A DNA stretch of 64,000 bases, taken from positions 29,671 to 93,670 of the forward strand of contig CAZTOU010000011.1 in NCBI GenBank assembly GCA_964615365.1, given 5' to 3'. The number at the start of each line of letters is the position of its first letter. Position 1 is the stretch's first letter. The DNA is from an uncultured Spirochaetales bacterium (GTDB lineage: Bacteria; Myxococcota_A; UBA9160; UBA6930). The notes under the pieces were generated by a model. It was given only the letters and a program-made list of their open reading frames with translations, was not told the DNA's origin and did not search any database. Of this stretch, positions 36,153 to 45,956 are shown in pieces. The translations under genes and the position numbers were made by a program.

Positions 36153-36960
36153 AGCGAGGTTCGGCGAGGAACTGCAGGACGGTGTAGTTGAAGCGCTCGG
36201 CGGACTCCGCGAGCACCAGATGCGCGCCGTATCCGAGGGTAACCAGCCGGGAGTTGGGGATCTCGTCCGCCAGCTCGCGGTGGAGCTTGGGCGGCGTGAG
36301 CCGGTCCTTGCGTCCGCACAGGATCAGGGTGGGGTGGGTGATGTCGCGGAGGCGGTCGAAGGTGTCGTGGGAGAGGCAGGCGTCGCACTGCCGGATCAGG
36401 ACCTCTGCGGTGACGGGGAGCGAGTCGCCGGGGAAGCTCGCCGCCATCGCCTCGATGAGATCGCGCTGCTCGAGGGTCTCGTCCTGAAGGGTCCAGAGCA
36501 GGCGCTCGCTCACGAAGACCTTGGGCCCCGCGCCGGTGCGCGCCAGCTCCTGCCAGGTCTCCAGCAGCAGGCGCCGCTTGGCGTCGGGTCGCGCGTAGGT
36601 TCCGGTCAGGATCAGCCGGTCGAGCCGGTCCGGGTGACGGAGCGCGAACTCCTGCGCCGTCATGCCTCCCATGAAGAGGCCGAGCAGGTCCACCCGTTCC
36701 AGCTCCAGGGCATCGAGGAGGCCGGCCAGGTCGTCGGCCAGGTCCGCGGTGGTGAAGGCTCCACCGGGATCCTCGCTCTTGCCCACCCCGCGGTTCTCGA
36801 AGATCACCGTCCGGTGCCGCTCGGAGAACTCGGGAACCTGGAGCGCCAGCCATCCCCGGCAGGATCCGGCCATCCCCATGACGAGGACCAGGGGGTTCCC
36901 CGGAGCGTCGCCATGGCTCTCGTAGTAGACTTTGCGACCCGCCACGTCAGCCAGCGGCAT
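36151..36960 (-). CDS. Alpha/beta-hydrolase-fold protein lacking the nucleophile serine
   Basis: 269 aa with the typical fold markers (LVLVMGM.GS, G..D...P, ..AH). The nucleophile elbow reads GLFMGG (TTC Phe) where the family has G-x-S-x-G. Confidence 0.75.
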   Translation of the reverse strand: MPLADVAGRKVYYESHGDAPGNPLVLVMGMAGSCRGWLALQVPEFSERHRTVIFENRGVGKSEDPGGAFTTADLADDLAGLLDALELERVDLLGLFMGGMTAQEFALRHPDRLDRLILTGTYARPDAKRRLLLETWQELARTGAGPKVFVSERLLWTLQDETLEQRDLIEAMAASFPGDSLPVTAEVLIRQCDACLSHDTFDRLRDITHPTLILCGRKDRLTPPKLHRELADEIPNSRLVTLGYGAHLVLAESAERFNYTVLQFLAEPR

Positions 36961-36987
36961 GGCGCCGAGTCTAGCCTGAATTGCGGG

Positions 36988-37578
<591 letters not shown>

Positions 37579-37590
37579 GGCCCCGCCGCG

Positions 37591-38085
37591 TCAGTCCGAA
37601 AACAGATTATCGATGTCGTCGTCCGTGATTTCGTCGAACGGGCTTCCGGACTCGCCCACCGCGCTGTCCGCCTCCGACTTCTTCAGCATCTCTTCGAAGA
37701 TCTTCGCCAGTTCGTTGCCGGCCTTCTTGACGCGCAGGCGGACCAGACCCAGAGAGCTGCGATCGTCGAAGACCACCACGAGGATGATTCGCTTCGCGAC
37801 CAGAGTGACGTGGAGGTTGTCGCGGACACCCTGGTGGAAGTGAACCGGGAAATCCTCTTCGCCAATGATCTTCGCCAGACCCCCGGTGGCCGCGATGCTT
37901 CCCGCGGTCAGGGAGGCGAGGCTGGTGGTGTCGATCCCACCGACCTCGCCGGCCTCGGCGATGAGCTGCCCGTTCTTCTCGACTACGAAGAGTGCCTTGG
38001 CGTTGGCGTCGCGAACGAGTCGGTTGATGACCGCAAGGATTTTCCGGTAATCCTCGTCGTACATCACCAGCTGGGTGTCCATCAT
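37591..38085 (-). CDS. mglB: MglA GTPase-activating protein MglB (Roadblock/LC7)
   Basis: MDTQLVMYDED...DTTSLASLTAG..AA.GGLAK.IGE..F...FH.G......T.V.....LVV.FD.R.SLGLVRLR.KKA matches MglB. The start is taken at the ATGATG at 38085/38082. Confidence 0.92.
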   Translation of the reverse strand: MMDTQLVMYDEDYRKILAVINRLVRDANAKALFVVEKNGQLIAEAGEVGGIDTTSLASLTAGSIAATGGLAKIIGEEDFPVHFHQGVRDNLHVTLVAKRIILVVVFDDRSSLGLVRLRVKKAGNELAKIFEEMLKKSEADSAVGESGSPFDEITDDDIDNLFSD

Positions 38086-38221
38086 CGGCACACGCCTCGT
38101 CGGCAAGAGCCTTTACAACTGCCCGGAATTCAATGCTTCGGCACCCGCACTCTAACCCGCGCCGCCGCCGCCGGGCAAGCTCGCACGGCGCAAGATGGTT
38201 CGGCCTTTTCCCGGTGCGGCT

Positions 38222-38821
38222 TTAGCCCATCTCGCGGCGATTCTGCAGGGAATGTCCCACGGTGACCTGATCCACGTACTCCAGATCGCCCCCCATGGGC
38301 ATTCCGTAGGCGATTCGGGTGACCTGGACGCCAGTGGAGTGCAGCTGCTCGGCGATGTAGTGGGCGGTGGCGTCCCCCTCCGCATTGGGGTTGGTCGCCA
38401 GGATCACCTCACGCACGCTCCCCGCCTGGATCCGTCTCGTGAGCTCGGCGAGACGCAGATCCTCCGGGCCGACGCCGTCGATCGGGGAGAGGGCACCGCC
38501 CAGGACGTGGTAGCGGCCGGAGAAGGCGCCGCTCCGTTCGATTGCCGCCCGGTCCGCGGGCTCCTCCACCACGCACAGGAGCCCCGGGTCTCGCTTCTCG
38601 TTTCGGCAGATCGCGCAGGGCGAGACCTCCGTCAGGTCGAAGCACTCCTCGCAGAGCCCGACCTCCTGCTTCACCTGGAGAATCGCGTCGGCGAGCTCCG
38701 TGGTGAGAGCGTCGGGGGCGGAGAGCAGGAAGAAGGCGAGGCGCGTGGCGGACTTCTCGCCGATTCCCGGAAGACGGCGCAGGCTGGCCAACAGCCGCGC
38801 AATCGGGGGTGAGGTCTGCAC
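38222..38821 (-). CDS. recR: Recombination protein RecR
   Basis: 199 aa: HhH (LPGIGEKSATRLAFFLL), C4 Zn finger (CEEC....SPCAIC) and Toprim (VVEEP.D...IE). Confidence 0.93.
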   Translation of the reverse strand: MQTSPPIARLLASLRRLPGIGEKSATRLAFFLLSAPDALTTELADAILQVKQEVGLCEECFDLTEVSPCAICRNEKRDPGLLCVVEEPADRAAIERSGAFSGRYHVLGGALSPIDGVGPEDLRLAELTRRIQAGSVREVILATNPNAEGDATAHYIAEQLHSTGVQVTRIAYGMPMGGDLEYVDQVTVGHSLQNRREMG

Positions 38822-38824
38822 CGT

Positions 38825-39157
38825 CTAGCTCGTCTCCTGGGCACCCGGGGTCGCGAACAGCGGCAGGCCCGCCATCCGCTGCATCTCCTCCTGGACCATC
38901 TTCTGGGCATCCGCGAGAGCCGCATTGGCCGCCGCCGCGATCAGATCCTGGAGCATGGAGCGGTCGCCGGACTGGATCAGGCTGGGCTCGATGCGGACCT
39001 CGATGACGCGGAGCTCTCCCGATGCCACCACCGTCACCATCCCACCGCCGGCAGAAGCCTCGACGGTGCGTCTCGCCAGCTCCCGCTGGACCTTGGCCAG
39101 TCGGCCCTGCATCTCCTGTGCCTTGGCGAGCAGCTCGCTGAGATCGGGTTGACTCAT
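38825..39157 (-). CDS. ybaB: Nucleoid-associated protein YbaB/EbfC
   Basis: ATG at 39157. 110 aa: LLAKAQEMQGRL.K.Q.EL....VEASAGGGMV.V...G......V.I.P.L......ML.DLI.AA.N.A. Confidence 0.9.
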   Translation of the reverse strand: MSQPDLSELLAKAQEMQGRLAKVQRELARRTVEASAGGGMVTVVASGELRVIEVRIEPSLIQSGDRSMLQDLIAAAANAALADAQKMVQEEMQRMAGLPLFATPGAQETS

Positions 39158-40851
39158 CGTTCTCCTCCCAAGGGCCGGATCTCCACGATCTCCCCGCCCA
39201 GGATTTCCAGTGCCTGGTTCACGTTCGGGTGGCTGAGAGCCTCCTTGCGCTGGCGGAGCGCGCGGTCGGCAGTGGGGCCGGGATCGGAACCCGGGGTGGG
39301 GCGCTCCTTGGCCGTCAGGGCGACCCGTGTGGGCCTTCCGAAGAAGCGTTCGCAGACTGCTTCCAGCTCGCCGATCCGGCCCTCCAGTCGGCGGGCGGCC
39401 ACGCCGGTGGCGAGCTCGAGCTCGATCCGGCCCTCGTCCCGGGCGACCAGGCGCCCCCCTTCGAGGGCCGTGAAGAGACCGCGGTTCTGCTCCTGGGCGT
39501 AGGCGCAGAGGCGGTCGTAGACGATCGGGGGGGGAGCGTCGGGATCCTCGGGAGGACTGGTAGGACGGATGGCGGATTCGCGGCTCGCAGCTCCGGCCGG
39601 CTCTCCTCGGGGCTCGGCGGGCGCCTGGCTCCCCGCCCGTGCCCGCGGCGCCTGCGGCTCGCTCCCGCCGCCCGATCTGCCCCCGGAGCTCCCGCCGGCC
39701 GCACCGGACAGACGCTGCTCGAGCGCATCGATCCTCGCCAGGAGCTGGGCGACGTCGTCGCCGGGCGGCATGGTGGCGAGACGGACGAGCGCCATCTCCA
39801 GCACCGCGGAGGGCTCTGGGGCCCAGGCGAGGTCTTCCTGCTCCTTGAGCAGCGCCCGGAACATGCGGCGAAGGCGGGTCTCCTCGGAGCGCCCGGCCAG
39901 GGCCCGCAGCTCCTCGAGCTCCGCGTCGGCACCCTCCACCAGACCCTCGCCGTCGGGAGCGACCCGGAGCACCACCAGATCGCGGAGGCCGCGAAGCAGG
40001 GCGGCCCCCAGGCGCCGGGCGTCGATCCCCGAATCCGAGGCCCGTCGGCAGGCGGCCAGGGCCGCCGCCGGGTCGCCGTCGATGCAGGCCTCGATGATTC
40101 CCGCCAGGAGTCGTCTGTCGATCAGGTCCAGGACCTCGGCCACCTGGTGATCGTCGATCCGTTCCCCGCCGAAGGCGATCAGCTGGTCGAGCAGGGTGAG
40201 CGAGTCGCGCAGCGACCCCTCGCCGGCCCGGGCGACCGTGGCCAGGCTCTGCTCGGAGATCTCGAGGCCCTCGGCCTTTGCTATGCGGCCCAGGGTCCCG
40301 GCGACATCGGCGGTCGGGATGCGCCGGAGGTCGTGGCGCTGGCAGCGGGAGACCACCGTGTAGGGAATCTTCTCCGGGTTCGTGGTCGCGAAGATGAAGA
40401 GACTGCGTGGAGGGGGCTCCTCGAGGGTCTTGAGCAGCGCGTTGAAGGCCGGCGTCGAGAGCATGTGGACCTCGTCCACGACGTAGATCCGGTGCTTCCC
40501 CGGAGAGGGTGCGTAACGAATCGACTCGATGATCTCCCGCACGTCGTCCACACCGGTGCGGCTGGCCGCGTCGATCTCCTGGACGTCGGTGGAGCTGCCC
40601 CCGGCGATGTCGGTGCAGGCGGGGCAGGAGCCGCAGGGCTCGACGGTCGGGCCCTCCTCGCAGTTCAGGCAGCAGGCCAGGATCCGAGCCAGGGTGGTCT
40701 TGCCGGTCCCCCTCGGACCCGTGAGCAAGATGGCGTGGGGGACTCGCTCGCTCCGGATCGCGTTCTGGAGGGGCGTGGTGACGTGGGACTGCCCCGTGAC
40801 CCCATCGAAGCTCCGCGGGCGCCATTTTCGTGCGAGAACTTGATAGGTCAC
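39154..40851 (-). CDS. dnaX: DNA polymerase III subunits gamma/tau
   Basis: GTG at 40851 (VTYQVLARKWRPRSFD.V.GQ). Motifs GPRGTGKTT, the Zn module C.EEG....PCGSCPAC, DEVHMLS and SRCQ. It has a Pro/Ala/Gly-rich linker. I did not see an A-run slippery site. Confidence 0.92.
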   Translation of the reverse strand: MTYQVLARKWRPRSFDGVTGQSHVTTPLQNAIRSERVPHAILLTGPRGTGKTTLARILACCLNCEEGPTVEPCGSCPACTDIAGGSSTDVQEIDAASRTGVDDVREIIESIRYAPSPGKHRIYVVDEVHMLSTPAFNALLKTLEEPPPRSLFIFATTNPEKIPYTVVSRCQRHDLRRIPTADVAGTLGRIAKAEGLEISEQSLATVARAGEGSLRDSLTLLDQLIAFGGERIDDHQVAEVLDLIDRRLLAGIIEACIDGDPAAALAACRRASDSGIDARRLGAALLRGLRDLVVLRVAPDGEGLVEGADAELEELRALAGRSEETRLRRMFRALLKEQEDLAWAPEPSAVLEMALVRLATMPPGDDVAQLLARIDALEQRLSGAAGGSSGGRSGGGSEPQAPRARAGSQAPAEPRGEPAGAASRESAIRPTSPPEDPDAPPPIVYDRLCAYAQEQNRGLFTALEGGRLVARDEGRIELELATGVAARRLEGRIGELEAVCERFFGRPTRVALTAKERPTPGSDPGPTADRALRQRKEALSHPNVNQALEILGGEIVEIRPLGGER

Positions 40852-40897
40852 CTTGGGGGGACCACCTCGTGGTGAGTTGGCGATCGCGGCGACCCAA

Positions 40898-41000
40898 GAC
40901 CGCAGGGCACCCCCGACCACATCCGGACTCCGCTACCGCTGCTTCCTTCCGGACCTGACGGATTTCACGGGGTACCCAGATCGGCCGGGACCCTGCGATC
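40898..41000 (-). ncRNA. ffs: Signal recognition particle RNA (small, 4.5S-type)
   Basis: The minus strand contains the universally conserved helix-8 region GUCAGGUCCGGAAGGAAGCAGC. The termini CGCAGGG...CCCUGCG pair to close the long hairpin. It sits immediately upstream of dnaX, a common synteny. The ends are approximate. Confidence 0.8.
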
Positions 41001-41109
41001 ATGGATCGCCGCGACCGTTCCGAATCTAACCTGTCCGCCTGCTCTTCGCCCGGCCACCCGCCCGATCCCCAGGCGGGGGCTAGAAATGCGGGCTAGGTTG
41101 ACCACCCGC

Positions 41110-41201
41110 GGAGAGGTGCCGGAGCCCGGTTGAACGGGCCTGACTCGAAATCAGGTGAATGGCTTGCCATTCCGTGGGTTCGAATCCCACCCTCTCCGCC
41201 A
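41110..41201 (+). tRNA. tRNA-Ser (anticodon CGA), long variable arm, CCA encoded
   Basis: GGAGAGGTGCCGGAGCCCGGTTGAACGGGCCTGACTCGAAATCAGGTGAATGGCTTGCCATTCCGTGGGTTCGAATCCCACCCTCTCCGCCA, with anticodon loop CTCGAAA. Confidence 0.95.
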
Positions 41202-41315
41202 CTCCGGGCAGGAACGGCGACAGTCGATCCGGGGAGACGCCCCGTGCCCGCCGCGATTCGCCACGCGCGCTTCCGTTCTTTGCGGGGCGTTCCAGGCAGG
41301 ATAGCCTTGCGGACC

Positions 41316-41759
41316 ATGGACACGAGGGGTTCCGCCGCCTGGAATCGATCGCGTCGCTGGCTGCGCGCGGCCCTCTACGTCGGCGCCACCCTCATCGGCC
41401 TGCACCTGTTCACCTTCGAGAACACCTTTCCGGTCTACTACAACGGGAACTCGGGCGGCCAGGCCGGTGAGGTCATCTGGAACAGCAGCAACTTCGCGCA
41501 GCCGCTGCTGCTGATCACCGCCACCGAAATCGCGGTCTTCGCCACCCGGACGCCGGAAACCAAGCAGGCGATCACCGTAGTCGGCCGCTGGGTGTCCGCG
41601 TTCTTCGCCCTCGTGGTGCTGATCGCGTTCATGCGACTCGCCGAGCGCCGCTACGGCCTGGGTGCCGCCCTGTGCGTTGCTGCGCTGCTATTGAGCTACG
41701 AGACGCTGGTCATCAACGCGCACTTCTTCAAGGGCCTCGTCAGAAGAATCTGTGGGTGA
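41316..41759 (+). CDS. Hypothetical integral membrane protein (147 aa)
   Basis: The ATG at 41316 lies after tRNA-Ser. The protein has 3-4 hydrophobic helices. It may be the upstream piece of a disrupted larger membrane protein together with 41858-42805. Confidence 0.4.
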   Translation: MDTRGSAAWNRSRRWLRAALYVGATLIGLHLFTFENTFPVYYNGNSGGQAGEVIWNSSNFAQPLLLITATEIAVFATRTPETKQAITVVGRWVSAFFALVVLIAFMRLAERRYGLGAALCVAALLLSYETLVINAHFFKGLVRRICG

Positions 41760-41857
41760 ATTCGGGCTCCGGGAGCCGGCCAAGTGAGTGATACAGGGCG
41801 ATTTCGGTCGTTCTGCTCTTCGGGCCCTGGGACGGCGAGGCGTCGCGAGGCCGACGC

Positions 41858-42805
41858 TTGCGCCTGCTGCTCGGAGGTTTCGCCGCGGTGTTCGCCGTCG
41901 CGAACTTCCGGATGTGGCTCGCGCTACCCGACTTCTTCAGGCGCATCACCTTCATGACGCACATGTCCATCACGGGGACCCGGGGCGAGTACGTGATCCA
42001 GGAGCGTACGTTCAACGCCTACGGCACGATCTGGACGGACCTCCCGCACCTGGCAGTCATCACCGCGGGAACACTGCTGGTGGCCATGTGCGTCTTCGCC
42101 GGTCCGCGCCGCAGCGTGCTGCTGTGGTTCATGGCGCTCTACGCGCTGGTCTACCCCGGGCTCATCCAGATGGCCAAGTTCGGGGGTGGACCGCGGCACC
42201 AGCTTCCGGCACTGCTACCGGTGCTGTTCCTTGCCGTAGCGGGGGCTTTCGAGATCGCGCGGGGGCTGCGTACGCCACGCTGGGTCCCGGTCGCTGTGGC
42301 GGTCGCGCTCGTCGCAGCGGTGCTCCCGGGCTCGTCCGCGCGTACGGAAGCCACGCTGCGCGGAATCCGAATGGACAGCCGCAAGCTCCTCTACGATTTC
42401 GTGAGCAGACATGTGCCGCCCGACGCCCGGATCGCACAGGACTGGTACGCCTGCCTGCCCGACCCGGAGGCGAAGCACCACGAGGACGACCCTCTCTCGC
42501 TCCCCCACGACGTGATCACCGGGGGATCGGTGGCAGATCTGGGAACTCTGGATGAGCTCCGCGCCGAGGGAATCGAATACGTCGCCGTGGCCGCAAAGCA
42601 ATGGCTGAAGGTGTTTCGCACGAATGTGCGTCCGAGGCCCGAGGCGGAGGGCAAGCACGCACGCCGCAGGGCTTTCTACGAGCGGCTGTTCGCGGAAGAA
42701 GAACTGGTCTGGGACAGCGCGAGCGCCGGCTCCCCGCCCGGCGGATTCTTCGGCCTGGAGACCCGTCTCTATCGAATCACCACACCGGCTTCACCTCGGC
42801 CATGA
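41858..42805 (+). CDS. Hypothetical membrane protein with C-terminal soluble domain (315 aa)
   Basis: TTG start. About 5 TM helices followed by a ~150-aa soluble tail. The overall layout is reminiscent of the C-terminal part of GT-C/ArnT-like glycosyltransferases, but I see no diagnostic motif. Confidence 0.4.
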   Translation: MRLLLGGFAAVFAVANFRMWLALPDFFRRITFMTHMSITGTRGEYVIQERTFNAYGTIWTDLPHLAVITAGTLLVAMCVFAGPRRSVLLWFMALYALVYPGLIQMAKFGGGPRHQLPALLPVLFLAVAGAFEIARGLRTPRWVPVAVAVALVAAVLPGSSARTEATLRGIRMDSRKLLYDFVSRHVPPDARIAQDWYACLPDPEAKHHEDDPLSLPHDVITGGSVADLGTLDELRAEGIEYVAVAAKQWLKVFRTNVRPRPEAEGKHARRRAFYERLFAEEELVWDSASAGSPPGGFFGLETRLYRITTPASPRP

Positions 42806-43053
42806 CCCACTCGTTTCCCGTGCGGCGCAGCCGCGCGGCCTGGTGTTCGAGCTCAGTCTGCGCCCGGGTGTCGATCCGCTGATCCGTTACCGGTCCGGCG
42901 ACATCTCTGTCCCGGAAAGCGAGGTCAGTCCTCTTGCCTCTCCGCGGAGAGCTGCCTGAGCGCCCCGCGCCGTGACGGTCCCTGGCCTGCGTGCTAGCGT
43001 CCCGCCTCGCCGCGACCCCTGGGCACGCGGCGCAAGGGGAACGAGGAGAGCGG

Positions 43054-43284
43054 GTGGCTCGAGACGATCTGATCCAAGCGACTGGCAGCGTCGAGAAGGT
43101 GCTCGGCGGCGGCCGGTACCAGATCACCCTCGAGTCGGGGCAGACGGTGACCGCACAGCTCTCGGGCCGGATGCGCCGCTTTCGGATCCGGGTGATTCCC
43201 GGGGACCGGGTCCAGGTGGGCCTCTCCCCTTACGATCCCACCCACGGCTTCATCACCTTCCGCCTTCGCGACGGCGATAGCTGA
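43054..43284 (+). CDS. infA: Translation initiation factor IF-1
   Basis: GTG at 43054 with the SD gaggagag. The 76-aa S1-like fold pattern (G.V...L.....Y.I.LE.G..V.A.LSG.MR...IR...GD.V.V.LSPYD...G.I..R) is present. Confidence 0.9.
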   Translation: MARDDLIQATGSVEKVLGGGRYQITLESGQTVTAQLSGRMRRFRIRVIPGDRVQVGLSPYDPTHGFITFRLRDGDS

Positions 43285-43308
43285 TGGGGAAGGTCGCCCC
43301 GCGCCGCC

Positions 43309-43959
43309 TTGCGTGACCGGGTCATCCGCCTCCGGCTCCACGCGATCCACCGCCTGGATCAGCTGCGCCTGCGCGTCGTCCGCTATCTCAATCCGGGTCT
43401 CGAGATCGACCCCGCTGCCAGCGCCAATCTGGTGACGGCCCGCTTCAACCTCGGGCCGGGATCCCGGCTGCGGATCGGTCCCGGAGTCACCACGGACCGG
43501 AGGCCCGGTGGCGTGACCTTTCTCCTGGAGGAGGGAGCCGAGATCGAGATCGGGGCGGATACCTGGCTGCGCACCGAGGTCGCACCGGTCACCCTGGCTG
43601 CCTACGCCGGAGCCCGGATGCGCATCGGCCCCGACACTCTCCTGAACGGCTGCTATCTGAGCGCCAAGGCCGAGGTCACCCTGGGGCGCAGGGTCTGGGT
43701 CGGTCCCGGGAGCCGTGTCTTCGACTCCGACCAGCACGACCTCGATGCCGATCATCCCGAGGTCCCAGTGCCGGTACGGATCGGGGATCACGCCTGGATC
43801 GCCTCGGATGTGACCGTTCTTCGGGGAGCTCACATCGGCGCCCACAGCGTCGTCGGCACTCGCTCGCTTGTGACCCGCGAGATTCCCGAGCACACCCTCG
43901 CCTACGGGATCCCGGCCCGCCCCCACGGCTCCGTCGGTGACCGGACCCACTGCGGCTGA
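43309..43959 (+). CDS. Left-handed beta-helix (hexapeptide-repeat) acyl/acetyltransferase
   Basis: 216 aa with hexapeptide repeats ending IGDHAWIASDVTVLRGAHIGAHSVVGTRSLVTREIPEHTLAYGIPA. Confidence 0.75.
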   Translation: MRDRVIRLRLHAIHRLDQLRLRVVRYLNPGLEIDPAASANLVTARFNLGPGSRLRIGPGVTTDRRPGGVTFLLEEGAEIEIGADTWLRTEVAPVTLAAYAGARMRIGPDTLLNGCYLSAKAEVTLGRRVWVGPGSRVFDSDQHDLDADHPEVPVPVRIGDHAWIASDVTVLRGAHIGAHSVVGTRSLVTREIPEHTLAYGIPARPHGSVGDRTHCG

Positions 43960-43989
43960 GGGCAATCCGGCGAGATTGGTGAGAGGACC

Positions 43990-44907
43990 ATGAAGATCGC
44001 GCTCTTCGGACAGGCCGCCTTCGGCAAGGAGGTGCTCGAGCGGTTGCTCGAGGAGGGACACCAGGTCGTCGGGGTGTACGCGCCGCCCGAGGGTGGCCGC
44101 CCCGACCCCCTGGCCGGGGAGGCGGAGAGCCGCGGTCTTCCCCTCTTCCGTTACAGGCGGATGCGGCGCAGGGGCCAGGCCATCCCGGAGCTGGTGGAGG
44201 AGCACGCCGCACTGGAGGCGGAGCTGAACGTGCTGGCCTACGTCACCATGATCCTCCCTCCGGAAGTGATCGACGCTCCGCGCCACGGCTCGCTCTGCTT
44301 TCATCCCTCCCTGCTTCCCCGATTTCGCGGGGGGGCGGCGATTCCGTGGCAGATCATCCTCGGCGAGCGGGAGTCGGGGGTGACCGTCTTCCGGCCCGAC
44401 GAGGGGGTCGATACCGGGCCGATCGTGGTCCAGAAAGGCGGCGTGGAGATCGGACCCGCCGCCACCGCGGCGACCCTGTACTTCCAGGAGCTCTATCCGC
44501 TGGGCGTCGAGGCGCTCTGTGAGGCGGTGGCGCTGGTGGACCGCGGGGAGGCCCGGCCGCGCCCCCAGGACGAATCCCGGGCCACCTTCCAGGGGCTGGT
44601 GGATGACGCGGTGGCCCGCATCGACTGGTCGCGGCCCTGCCAGGAGGTCGACCGCCTGATCCGGGGCTGCGATCCCCAGCCGGGCGCCTTTGCCCAGCGC
44701 GGAGACGAGCGAATCCGGCTCTTCAGCGCGGCGATGCGGGACGGGGAGGCGGAGGCACCCGCCGGGACCATCGTCACCATCGAGGAGGGGTGTCTGGTGA
44801 TCGCCGCCGAGGGAGGCCGGATCTCGGTGGGGCGGGTGCGGATTGGAGACGGAAAGAAGATCCCCGCCGCCGAGGCCGGTCTCTCGGTGGGTGAGCGACT
44901 CGGCTGA
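43990..44907 (+). CDS. Formyltransferase paralogue resembling the N-terminal hydrolase domain of 10-formyl-THF dehydrogenase (both Fmt-N and Fmt-C subdomains)
   Basis: MKIALFGQAAFGKEV...GH.VVGV........DPL...AE..G.P.F.Y.R.R..GQA.PE.V....AL.AELNVL together with the catalytic [14 protein letters not shown] and DEGVDTGPI. 305 aa. It is distinct from the canonical fmt at 31345. Confidence 0.75.
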   Translation: MKIALFGQAAFGKEVLERLLEEGHQVVGVYAPPEGGRPDPLAGEAESRGLPLFRYRRMRRRGQAIPELVEEHAALEAELNVLAYVTMILPPEVIDAPRHGSLCFHPSLLPRFRGGAAIPWQIILGERESGVTVFRPDEGVDTGPIVVQKGGVEIGPAATAATLYFQELYPLGVEALCEAVALVDRGEARPRPQDESRATFQGLVDDAVARIDWSRPCQEVDRLIRGCDPQPGAFAQRGDERIRLFSAAMRDGEAEAPAGTIVTIEEGCLVIAAEGGRISVGRVRIGDGKKIPAAEAGLSVGERLG

Positions 44908-44908
44908 G

Positions 44909-45754
44909 ATGACGGCGGCGGACACCACGCCGATCCGCGCTCGTCTCCACCGTGCCGATGCGTTTCTGGCCCAGGTGGCGGACGCGGCTCCGCCTCTGCT
45001 CGAGGGCAACGGCGCGCTTCGCGAGGAGGCGAAGCGGCTCCGCCCGACGCTCGAGGCAGTGGCCGGGCGTCCCTACGGAAGTCTCCCGCACATCGCCTAT
45101 CGGGGAAGGCTCGGTGCCCGGCTGATGGGACCCTGGAGCCAGTACCTCACCCTCGGGATCGGTCCGAGCCGGGTGGTGCGGATGACGCCCCGGCAGAGCT
45201 CGCGCCCGGCGATCCCCACCATCGTCGCTCACGAGCTCTCCCACCGCTTCGGCTTCGACGAGTCCCTCACCACCCTTCGCGGTCTGGAGGTGAGCGTGCG
45301 TCTCGCCGAGCAGGGGGATCCCATGCACGGGGTCTCCGCCCGGCTCGAGCTCGCCCGCCTTCTGCTCGGTGCGGCGATGGGGGACGCGCTCCGAGCCGGC
45401 GCCGGCGGGGAAATCGACGCCTTCTTCGAGGCCCAGGCCGATCGCCCGGCGCTCGCCAGAGCCCGCCTGCAGTGGCAGCGGGCGAGGGGTCGGAGGCGCC
45501 CGGACTGGGCGCTGACCGTCTACGCCGAGATCCCCTGCGCCTGCATCGAGACTGCCGAGGATCTCGGCAGGTCGGGGTCCCACCGACTCGCCTTTCCCCG
45601 CTTTCCCATCGACTCCCTTCTGGCCCTGGCCTGCGCGAGCTACACGGCCGTGGATTCCCTCACCCGCCGGCGCCGCCAGGAGGTCCCCCTGGAAGCCACG
45701 CTCCGCCTCTGGCGCTCGGCGGACCCCGCTTGCGCCCGGCCCAAATGTGCCTAG
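44909..45754 (+). CDS. Hypothetical protein with HExxH zinc-metallopeptidase motif
   Basis: The ATG at 44909 lies 1 nt after the preceding stop. 281 aa with the motif [12 protein letters not shown] recognise no other family features (possibly DUF3810-like). Confidence 0.45.
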   Translation: MTAADTTPIRARLHRADAFLAQVADAAPPLLEGNGALREEAKRLRPTLEAVAGRPYGSLPHIAYRGRLGARLMGPWSQYLTLGIGPSRVVRMTPRQSSRPAIPTIVAHELSHRFGFDESLTTLRGLEVSVRLAEQGDPMHGVSARLELARLLLGAAMGDALRAGAGGEIDAFFEAQADRPALARARLQWQRARGRRRPDWALTVYAEIPCACIETAEDLGRSGSHRLAFPRFPIDSLLALACASYTAVDSLTRRRRQEVPLEATLRLWRSADPACARPKCA

Positions 45755-45956
45755 CTTTCCGCGCTACTCTGGAGGGACCGAGCGCCCGATAGGGAAGATC
45801 GGGTGCAGCCGGCTCCTCCGGATTCCCTCTTCGATCCCGCTCGATTTCGCCCATCGTCATCGATCGTTTCCCGATGGCCGGTGGGGTGCACCCGACACGA
45901 AACTCAAGCCGACCCGACCCGAGAGCGATGGGCGGCGGCGCCGGAAGTTGACCGTC

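Noticed and set aside
36083-36154. Restriction sites in or at conspicuous elements, as signs of a cloning scar or synthetic insert: BamHI at the palindrome centre, NheI at its edge, EcoRI-SalI (gaattcgtcgac) and XbaI near 58710-58745, and the TAACTAACTAA three-frame stop
   Set aside because: The sites fall within otherwise coherent native features: coding sequence MPEFVDSE, operator repeats and gene ends. There is no vector backbone, marker or primer-like sequence, so coincidence is more parsimonious. I still flag the palindrome for a read-level check.
39154-40851. Programmed frameshift or slippage site in dnaX for a gamma subunit
   Set aside because: No A-run or A-AAA-AAG-type heptamer is visible in the coding strand.
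42994-45009. Very long antisense or off-frame ORFs, e.g. 42994-45009(-) 671 aa, 45660-47663(-) 667 aa, 33017-35098(+) 693 aa, 61020-62879(+) 619 aa, 5916-7352(-) 478 aa, 15493-18003(+) 836 aa, 38825-41002(-) 725 aa, 10611-12881(+) 756 aa
   Set aside because: They are Arg/Gly/Pro/Ala-rich with low complexity and no recognisable motifs. They lie opposite to, or out of frame with, genes that have clear family signatures. This is the expected stop-codon depletion of a very GC-rich genome.
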